In this document: piece after piece, positions 13,453-23,600 of the stretch
Layout: each line of letters begins with the position of its first letter
How positions within the stretch are numbered: the first letter of the stretch is position 1
Source: Phoronis australis
Taxonomy: Eukaryota > Animalia > Phoronida
Reading direction: 5' to 3'
DNA: 64,000 bases
Assembly (NCBI GenBank): GCA_002633005.1
Contig: NMRA01000531.1
Coordinates: forward strand, 202,590 to 266,589
Translations under genes and position numbers: made by a program
The notes under the pieces: generated by a model
The model's database searches: none
Told to the model about the DNA's origin: nothing
The model's input: only the letters and a program-made list of their open reading frames with translations

Positions 13453-15352
13453 TAGGGCTGCCAACTATTACGGATTTATCTATTTTATGGCCTAAAAATC
13501 AGTAGGTGCAGATTTTCTGATGTTACAGATATTGAGCATTTAATTCTCTTCATAGAAGTCAAATTTGGTGTCCGATTGATAAAGATCGAGACAGACAATA
13601 CCTAAAGTTATGGAAATAGCCGAAAACAAAATCGGGCCAATAAGACATGTTCTGAGTGCTAGTACATAATAGAAGTTGCGTATGAAATTTCCCTTTCGTG
13701 ATTGACCAGTTGTTATTTGCAAAGGACAGGCCAATGAAGAATGGGCTTACTTGGTTTGTCATTGTGGGGAATCATATGCTTTGGAAATCATGTTAATGTG
13801 TCGAGAGCGAAATTTCGGAAACAAGTATATTGAGGAATTAGATTACATTAGAGAATGGAAACGAGTATTCTGAGGAATTAGGTTACATCAGAGAATGGAA
13901 ACGAGTATACTGAGGAATTAGGTTACATCAGATAATGGAAACGAGTATACTGAGGAATTAGATTACATTAGAGAATGGAAACGAGTATACTGAGGAATTA
14001 GGTTACATCAGAGAATGGAAACGAGTATACTGAGGAATTAGGTTACATCAGAGAATGGAAATGAGTATAGTGAGGAATTAGGTTACATCAGAGAATGGAA
14101 ACGAGTATACTGAGGAATTAGGTTACATTAGAGAATGGAAACGAGTATACTGAGGAATAAGATTACATAAGAGAATGGAAACGAGTATACTGAAGAATTG
14201 GATTACATCAGAGAATGGAAACGAGTATACTGAGGAATTAGATTACATTAGAGAATGGAAACGAGTATACTGAGGAATTAGGTTACATCAGAGAATGGAA
14301 ACGAGTATACTGAGGAATTAGATTACATAAGAGAATGGAAACGAGTATACTGAGGAATTAGGTTACATCAGAGAATGGAAACGAGTATACTGAGGAATTA
14401 GGTTACATCAGAGAATGGAAACGAGTATACTGAGGAATTAGGTTACATCAGAGAATGGAAACGAGTATACTGAGGAATTAGATTACATAAGAGAATGGAA
14501 ACGAGTATACTGAGGAATTAGATTACATAAGAGAATGGAAACGAGTATACTGAGGAATTAGATTACATAAGAGAATGGAAACGAGTATACTGAGGAATTA
14601 GATTACATAAGAGAATGGAAACGAGTATACTGAGGAATTAGATTACATAAGAGAATGGAAACGAGTATACTGAGGAATTAGATTACATAAGAGAATGGAA
14701 ACGAGTATACTGAGGAATTAGATTACATAAGAGAATGGAAACGAGTATACTGAGGAATTAGATTACATAAGAGAATGGAAACGAGTATACTGAGGAATTA
14801 GATTACATAAGAGAATGGAAACGAGTATACTGAGGAATTAGATTACATAAGAGAATGGAAACGAGTATACTGAGGAATTAGATTACATAAGAGAATGGAA
14901 ACGAGTATACTGAGGAATTAGATTACATAAGAGAATGGAAACGAGTATACTGAGGAATTAGATTACATAAGAGAATGGAAACGAGTATACTGAGGAATTA
15001 GATTACATAAGAGAATGGAAACGAGTATACTGAGGAATTAGATTACATAAGAGAATGGAAAAGGGATTTTGCATTTAGTCACGCTGACTTCACCACGGAT
15101 TGTCTTGATGTCTGAAACACAGGTACGGATCAGGAATTAAAAGATATCAGGATTTGTGGGGTCTTGGTAGTGTAGGAAGAAATCAACCATACCAACATCA
15201 AAAGCTGAAGTTGCCTTTTTAGATTAACAGGATATAATGGAAAATTAAATTTAAACAGAAAATTGTTGTTTTGGCGTGTTTCGATATATAGTGCTGTTGA
15301 ACTGGAATGAAGTGTGCAGGTTATGTCCTTCCTTAATGAGTTGGCAGCCCTG
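13453..15352. mobile_element. Possible hAT-type non-autonomous element carrying the 40-bp array
   Basis: Inverted termini tagggctgccaact / agttggcagccctg; no clear 8-bp TSD. Confidence 0.45.
13818..15061. repeat. 40-bp minisatellite, ~31 copies
   Basis: Unit gagaatggaaacgagtatactgaggaattag(a/g)ttacat(a/c/t)a, contiguous with no spacers. Confidence 0.97.
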
Positions 15353-15554
15353 TATCTGATCCATGTGTAGGATGGGTTGGCAGTCCTGCATCTAATTCAT
15401 GTGTAGGATGGGTTGGCAGTCCTGCATCTAATTCATGTGTAGGATGGGTTGGCAGTCCTGCATCTAATTCATGTGTAGGATGGGTTTGGCAGCCCTGTAT
15501 CTGATCCATGTGTAGGATGGGTTTGGCAGCCCTGTATCTGATCCATGTGTAGGA
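15340..15554. repeat. 36-37-bp minisatellite, ~6 copies
   Basis: Unit gttggcag(c/t)cctg(t/c)atct(g/a)at(c/t)catgtgtaggatgg. Confidence 0.92.
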
Positions 15555-15613
15555 TTTTTACCATTATCTTGATGACGTATACCAATAAGTTTTCAACATT
15601 CATGTCTTCTTAG

Positions 15614-15678
15614 CTGGGTCTGCTGGCAATAAAAAAGGTGAACATAAAGTTATTGGTGCTGATCTTGAGCAAAAAGAG
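15614..15678 (+). CDS. SH3KBP1: CIN85/CD2AP-like exon 6 (65 nt)
   Basis: cttcttag| acceptor, GAG|gtgagt donor; AGSAGNKKGEHKVIGADLEQKE; supplies the phase 1 to 0 change needed between exons 5 and 7. Confidence 0.8.
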
Positions 15679-17387
15679 GTGAGTTTGCATCATGATCATT
15701 TGACAGGTCCTGATAAAATTAGTCACAAGGTTACATGGTATGGATGACAACCGCCAGTTGATTTTGAATTTGATTTGACAGCTGTAGCACCCCCTGTTGA
15801 CTGTTTGATTATTGTCACAAACTTCCTTTTCTGTCAATTTTTGGATTAACGACTTCACAAATTTTGCAGAAGCATGTTTCAGAAATGTCCTCTTGATTTT
15901 GGGATGAATTGGATTCCCACGGCACACTCTGCTGGCAGTTTTAATTTTCGAATAAATATTTTTGTCTGCTCATTTTTGGCAAAATGAGTTTACTAATTTG
16001 TCCAAACTTGTCCTTCAGCTGTCATAAAGGATTGACAGATTTTGATGAAACTTTACCCAAATGTTTTTGCCTGGAATGTTCTGGAACCTGTCCATTAACT
16101 ACAGGGGCACCCCTGTTGGTCATTTCAGTTTTCAACAAGATATTGCTACATCAAAATTTTCATCAGAGTTATCTTTGTTTGTTAAGTAATTTGAATACAG
16201 CTTGCCAGATTTTTATTGAAATTGACATAGATATAATTGTTCTGAATGCAACCACCCAAGATTTTTTATTTCAAGTGACTTCTACCCCCTGCCGAACGGA
16301 TTTTATTGGAACAGCCTTAAGATTATATTCAATTTTGCATAGCAGTTTTGAAAATCGGTTTCTCTTTCATGCATGGTTCTTTTCCCGTGACATGTGTTCA
16401 TTTGTGTTGCAATTTTCATTTGAAACAGCCATATCTCAGACGTTTGATTTTTCTTCGTGCAACAGAGATATCTGACATCAAAAATGATCACTTTGGCCAT
16501 GTTACATCTCTGTTGTTTGATGTTAAATAACAAATTTGGGACATGTTTCCCTGCGTGCTGACTATAAGAATACACAGTTCAAACATGGAGTCACCTCCAA
16601 CTTAGGTCTTTTGGAAATTCATGCTCAGAGCAAAAATGGCAAGTTTAATTAAAATGTCAGCTATGTAATTATAATTTTTTGTGTGGCATTTTAAGGTATG
16701 AATTACTAAAAAAGCTTCTTGAGTGCAACGAGAGACTGAAAGGCTCCAACGGCCGTGAACTTGTTCGTGGGACAGTTATTTTATATTTTGTGCAGCATTC
16801 CGCTGGAAATAAAATTATGGTCAGGAAAAAATGGCTAAGAAGACCCGCAGTTAAAGGTTGTGGTAAATTATTACAAACTGATGGGTCCAAATAAAACCAC
16901 ATTTTTCAAACTAACAAATTTGGAACTCTCATTTAAATGAATCTCTCTGCCCAGTATTCTTTGCCGAACTTAAAAGTGCCTGACTGGGTGGAAGTTATCA
17001 GGGGGGTGTTACACCCCCTAAACACCTGCTAGAAGTTTCGTCCCTGTTTGAGTGCATCTTATCCTGAAAGCCTGAAAGTTTCATAACAATCCACCAACAA
17101 ATAACAAATTTTGACCGTTGCTAGTGATTGCACCCAATGTTACATATATCCTCAAAGTTTACATGGCACTGGCAAATGCTAAAAAAATGGTAGGGAAATA
17201 GTTATTTTTTATTGAAATGTGCAAGAGCCTTAAACCTGGGGAATACCAACAAGCTTATTTAATAATTGAATCCATGTTCATAACATGACATAATCTCTAT
17301 GTATCTCCCACAGGACATTCCAAAGATTATATATATATGTATATACATATACATATACATACAATCTCTATGCTGTTTCTCCCACAG

Positions 17388-17469
17388 GACATTCCAAAGA
17401 AGGCAGAGAGTCAACCTCGACCACCATCACAGCCTCCACCAACACTACCTCCAAGGACAGCTAAGGCGG
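17388..17469 (+). CDS. SH3KBP1: CIN85/CD2AP-like exon 7 (proline-rich)
   Basis: ctcccacag|GAC acceptor (phase 0), GCGG|gtgagt donor (phase 1); DIPKKAESQPRPPSQPPPTLPPRTAKA. Confidence 0.85.
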
Positions 17470-17695
17470 GTGAGTGGATGCATGGGTGTGGGGATCAACG
17501 CTTGTCTGTCATCTACTCTCATGCCTGGGCTTTGGTTTGCTAACATTTCTGTGCTCTGAAATTTATGGTCGCATCTTTGTGCAGGCTCTGGTTTAAGGCT
17601 ATTTTGCATGTGTGTGTCAGTATCAATAACCTTCCTGTCTATGTTTTTCTCCACCTATCCTCTGGTCTGTCACGCCTCTGTTTCATTTCTCATAG

Positions 17696-20600
17696 ATCTG
17701 CACCCTCCCAACCAACCCTCACTGACTCGACGCTCATCACTAAACCAGGCTAAAAGAGAAAACGCGTCAGGTTTCTCCAGCTGTGCCGATGCGGAGATTG
17801 ATCAGGAAAGTAACCTGTCGCATGATTTGTTTGATGATGCAACTGTAGATCAGGTTGGCATTATTTCTCCACCTTGCTCATCCGACAGTGCTAGCGAATT
17901 GTCTGATGTGCCAATGAACCTCACTCCACTGAGTAGAACCCGTGAGACACCACCGCCCAAGCAGACCTTTCGGCGGCGGCGCTCCTCCAGTAAAAAGAGT
18001 AGTCCTGAAGTCTCACATGAGGATGAAGATGTGGATCGTTTGGTTGGCAGTTTTTCGTTAGTGGAGACAGAAGCTAATAAGAGTTGTGAAGAACAATTCA
18101 GCAACACCCTTGAGCCTATCCTGGAGAGACAAGAATGCACTACATCTGGAGTGCAGCCAAAGCAAGTATCACGCAACACAGCTTCTATGAAGACTAAAAA
18201 ATCTACAAAATTTGCCAGATGCGGAGCTGCATCTAGGGCTCCAGTTGCTCGAAAGAGGTCTGCTGAGCCCAGCTTTCATCAGCCAGAACCACTGCATTCT
18301 GATAAACTGAAGAGGACCAAACGCAATAGCAGTGCTCAAGAACCTCAAGTGAAAGCTCAGGCTCGCAACCCGAGGTCCAACAGGCTTACACCGCAGTTAC
18401 CATCTAATTTCTGCCAGACAACTGTAAGTGGCATGATGCAACTTGGGCATGGGTTTGTCACTCCACCTGTTGCCCAATTGAAGAACTACCAACGTCCTGC
18501 GGACCTGAGAAGACTGTGTTTTGGGGGCAGAGGGGGAGGCAGGCATGCAAAGCAGCGTAATCATGACTGCACTAATGGTTCAGTTTCCAACCCCATACGC
18601 CCTACAAAGATTACAGATAGTGTCCGTCTTATACGACGGAGGTACAGTAAAAACAGGCGATTGTCTTCTGATGATCACTTGAACAGAGATCAGTGCATGC
18701 AGTTTCCAGAGGACTTCTTGAATCGAGAGTGCTCCTCCACTGAACAACTTCCTAGTGTTGAATTGCCTGATCTCAACCAGATCCAGAGGTCCTCGTATGA
18801 TCAGCAGGATAACTCACCCATTGGCCTGTTGAATGATGTGCTGTCTCTCGTTTTAAGCACAACTCGTTTTGATGAAAGTTCATCTAAAGCATTTACAACT
18901 GCTGCAGCTAACGTGTCCCCATCAAATCTGGTTTCCACATCCACTGCCTCAAATAAGGTTTCTGGCGCCGGGGGACAGAGACAAAATCTTGATGTTGTGA
19001 GGCACGTAAGTGAGCATGCTCCCGACAAGGGGTTCCCTAGTCACTATGGACGACCACAATCAGCTAGTCCTGATAGTTCTTACTCTGACACTAAGGTTGA
19101 CTTGAGAAGCCATCAGAAAGGATCTAGCCCCATATTTAAGGGTACCGTGTGTAGTTCTGTGAGCATTGACAGTGGAAATGTGTCGAGTTCCTATGATGAA
19201 CTGCGCAGAATACTGTCGTCAGAAAGCAGTAGGTCCACTCTGGCCAGTTTCGCATCACTCTTGGGTCATGCGTGTTGTGGTCCAAGCCATGGAGCTGTAG
19301 ACACGAAGGACATCAGTGTAGCTGATGATTCTACTCAGACAGTCAGTATCGATCCTCAGCTCAGTGACGAGGCTTCGTTAAATCTGTGTGATTTTTTAAT
19401 TCAATATATATGCAGTAAAAAGGAACAGAGATCTTCACGATCTGAGGAGTTGTCTAGTGGTCAGCAACCTGCCTCTTCCAGTATACTGCCTAACCATCAA
19501 CCAGATGTTAACGTTTCACAGAAGAAGTTCGATGTTGAAGATGCAATGTCTTGGGATGACTGGTTGAGGCTTTATGCTCCTAGTAATCAGCATTGCTCAT
19601 CGTCTGGTGTTTCCCGCCACAGAGACACACCTTATCCTAAATTGAAAAGTGTTGGCCATCTGCCAGTTATGTCCCAGTCTGTCTGCCCTCCACCCTGTGT
19701 GACCACTTGTCAGCAGGATCAGTCCCATAAACCTTCCGCTGTGCAGACAGAATTTTTGCAGAGCTCTTCTGAGCCACCTCTTGGAAGTAATGACAGCAGC
19801 ACTTCTGGTTGTGGCCTTCAGCAAAACGTCGCTACAGCAACGCCAAAACACAGTGCTGTTGTACTCTTGGACAAGCTCATGGAGAATGCACTGTCATCTA
19901 ATGAGGGTGAACGCAAGAAGAAACTGGAGAAGATATTCAGCTTTCCCAGTATCGCACATTTTTTGCAGTCATTGTCCTGCAAGGATATTAGTGCACCCAG
20001 TTGTGATGACAAAGTAAAATCCAATTCATGCTGTAGCACGCATAACAAGGACCAAGATATCTGTCAAAGTTCTGGCCAATTGTTTAAAAGCCAAAATCAG
20101 AAGCTAGCACAGAATGAGAATAGTCGAAATGACCCAGTCATTAACAAGTGTTGTGAACTATTACTAATGGCAGCACCAGAGCCCAGTAAGTACAATGAAC
20201 CTCATTCAGAGCGAGGTAAAATTTCGAACACCAGTCATTCGCTTGAGCAAGTTTCAAAGAGTCCCCTACAGACACCAGAATGTAGAATTGAAGAAACTTC
20301 AGAGAGATCTTGTAACAATGCGAGCTTTCCACATTTGGTAGAGCAAATGTCAAGGAGCCATATTTGGAAGCCAAAAGACCATACTGATATGACGTCTGAC
20401 ACCTTGTCGTCGGATAGACCTGTCATTCCAAGTTTAGCACTTTTGTTTGATCAATTGTCTCGATGTCAGCTTCAAAATCCTCCAGGCCAAATTGATGACG
20501 TATCTGATGCGGTTCCTCCTTCAGAGAGAACTGCTAGTATTCCCGAGGTATTATCCAGTCAGCTTCAAACATCTCGAGGCCAAAATGACATCACCCCTGA

Positions 20601-23600
20601 TGCACCTTCTTCAGATAGAGCTTTAAGTGTTCCAAGTTTTGCTCACTTGTTCGAACAGTTATCAAAAAGTCAGCTTCAGACACCTCATGACCAAAGTGAT
20701 AACAAATCTGATGCACCTCCTTCAGATAGAAGTTCTAGTGTTCCAAGTTTTGCACATTTGTTTGAACAGTTATCAAGCAGTGAACTCCAGACACCTCAAG
20801 AACAAAGCGAAATCACACCTGATGCACCTCTTTCAGATAGAATTTCTAGTGTTCCAAGTTTTGCACATTTGTTTGAACAGTTATCAAGCAGTGAACTTCA
20901 GACACCTCAAGGACAAAGCAAAATCAGACATGATGCACCTCCTTCAGACAGTACGTTTAGTATTCCAAGCTTTGCACACTTGTTTGAACAGTTTTCAAGG
21001 AGCCAACTCCAGACATCTCAAGATCAAAGTGACATCACATCTGATACACCTTCTTCAGGTAGAACTTCTAGTATTCCAAGTTTTGCACAGATGTTTGAAC
21101 AGTTATCGGGAAGTAAGCTCCAGGCACATCAAGACCAAAGTGATAACTTATCTGGTGTTTCTCATTGTGATAGGACTTCCAATATTTCCAACTTTGCGCA
21201 CTTGTTTGAACAGTTATCAAAAAGTCAGCTCCAGACACCTCAAAACGAAAATGACATCACACCTGGTGCACCTCCTGCAGATAGAACTTCTAGTGTTCCA
21301 AGTTTTGCACACATGTTTGAACAGTTATCAGGAAGACAGATCCAGACACCTCAGGACCAAAATGATATCACACCTGATGCACCTCCTTCTGATAGAACTT
21401 CTAGTGTTCCAAGTTTTGCGCACATGTTTGAACAGTTATCAAGAAGTCAGATCCAGTCGCCTCAAGACCAAAATGATAGAATGCCTAAGGCACCTTCTTC
21501 ATGTAGGAGTTCAAGTGTTCCAAGTCTTGAACACTTGTTTGAACAGTTCTCAAGGAGTTGGACCCAGACACCTCAGAACCGAAATGATAACATGCCTGAG
21601 GCACCTCCTCCAGATAGAAGTTCAAGTGTTCCAAGTCTTGCACATTTGTTTGAACAGTTATCAAGAAGTCAACTCCAGACAACATATGACCAAACGCGTG
21701 GCTTATATGATGCACCTCCTGATAGATTTTCCAGTATTCCAAGCTTTGCACATTTGTTTGAGCAGATATCAAGGCGTCAGTTCCAAACACCTGAAGACCA
21801 ATTCAATAAGTCGCATGATGCACATCCCTCAAATAGAGTTTCTAGTATTCCAAGCTTTGCGCATTTGCTTGAACAGTTATCAAGGAGTCAGCTTCAGAAT
21901 CCTCAAGACCAAACTGAAAATGTATCTGATGCACCTTCTCCAAATAGAACGTCTAGCGTTCCAAGATTTGCAGATCAGTTATCACAAAGTGCGCGTAGTA
22001 TTCCCAGCTTATTTGAACAGAAACCAAAATGTGTGGAGATGCATCACGAAGAAACTAGTACAAGCAATTTAAAACCACCCACATGCGAAGTTAAGGTTGG
22101 CAAAAGTTTCATGGACTTTGTGAGATCGTTTGAACAATGGTTAGGAAATCTACAGTCAGGTAGCTCCTGCCAATCTACATCCCTTGGTGAACCTGCAGTA
22201 AAATCAAAAATGAAAACCAACGGCAAGACTTCTAGCTTGTCAAGCCTTGCTCAACTCTTCAGTCCACAAACTTTGGAAGTGCCCAAGTGTGATCAGAAAT
22301 GTGGAAGTATGCTTGGGTCATCTAGTGTCTCTGCTTCAAATTCACATAGGGTTAGTGGTATGATGCAGACTAGAACATCTCCAAAATACGGAAATTGTGA
22401 AGAAAAACAAAGGTCAATGTTGCAATATCAGCCCGGGCAGCTTTGCTCAGAAACACCAGTTCGCACTCAAAGTATTCCTAATCTAACTTGTTCTACTGAA
22501 GAAGTTAGTAAAAATAGTGGTACTGCAACTACGAAAAGACCAGTTGACGAAAGTTGTTTAAAAAGTGCTGCGAGTAGCATTCCCAGTTTTGCCCATCTCT
22601 TTGAATCCTCTTCTGGTGTTGACCCTGGCACTGCATCACAACAAAAGGTTGCTGTTGGCAATAACAAGACTGAACCTGTTCCTCAACATCCAGAATCCAT
22701 CTGGAGCAGCGCTTACAGCATTGCCAGTTTGCTGCAGCAGATGTTTCAGCAGGAGACCAGCAACCAAGGTTGTGGTGTTGATGCACTGACTGATTACAAA
22801 GACAGGCACGAGAATCTCCCTAGTTTAGAGGTGCATGATCTTTATCAAAGGAAATCTGATGAAGGTGCTGGTATTCATCAGTCTGCCTTTTCACCCATGA
22901 CGATACCTCTTGGAAGCCCTGTCGAGACCCAACAATCTTGTCATCAGCAACCAGCATCTTCCATTGACGTCACTTCTCCGTCATTGAACACGAACAGGAA
23001 TGAAAGTGTCTTTGATACCCATACCTGCCAAACACCTGCAGATCATGGTCAGCCTAACAAGTGCAGTAACCAAGACGTATTTTGCATCAATGATCTCACT
23101 GTACCTGTGTACTTATGGATGCTCTCTCGTGGTGGTCAGTTGCTTGCTTCCTTGGGGCAGGGTCATGATCCCAAACTACCAAGTTTTGTTTTATTCTTCA
23201 ACATTCCTCCTTGGATGCTTGCCAATTCTTTTCCCTTCGAGAGCTTCACTCATTTTAGCCCAGTGCCTAGCACAACTACTCAAAGTGAGCACTGCACGAA
23301 TGACATTCATTCCGTGTCAGCGCATGCAAGTCAACCTTCTCAGTCAATCCCACAGGCTGATCTCCTTCAGTTCATGCACTTTGTCCAGCTCATAAACTTG
23401 TTTACGCGACACCACAGCCCTTCATCACCTTTGACCTCTTGCCCTGTCCACCAACTTCCTCAAGACCTTCAAAGATCACCTATTCCGCAATCATACTGCT
23501 CAGATAAAAATGTTAGCAGGCACTCTCCTGTGGCATGTGCTCCTATTCAAGCGTCTATTTTAAAGAATGAGTCAATTGTTAATTCTAACTTGGAGCTCCG

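Noticed and set aside
13818-15061. CRISPR-like regular array
   Set aside because: The units are contiguous with no unique spacers, there are no cas genes, and the context is a eukaryotic intron; it is a minisatellite.
17608-17695. ATG start of the 3493-aa ORF as a stand-alone gene with a hydrophobic leader
   Set aside because: The hydrophobic N-terminus is the translated polypyrimidine tract before an in-phase acceptor; splicing from exon 7 is simpler, although a nested gene is not formally excluded.
20627-22072. 481-aa overlapping ORF in another plus-strand frame
   Set aside because: It coincides with the 111-bp repeat array, whose unit happens to lack a stop in that frame; it is a by-product of the repeat.
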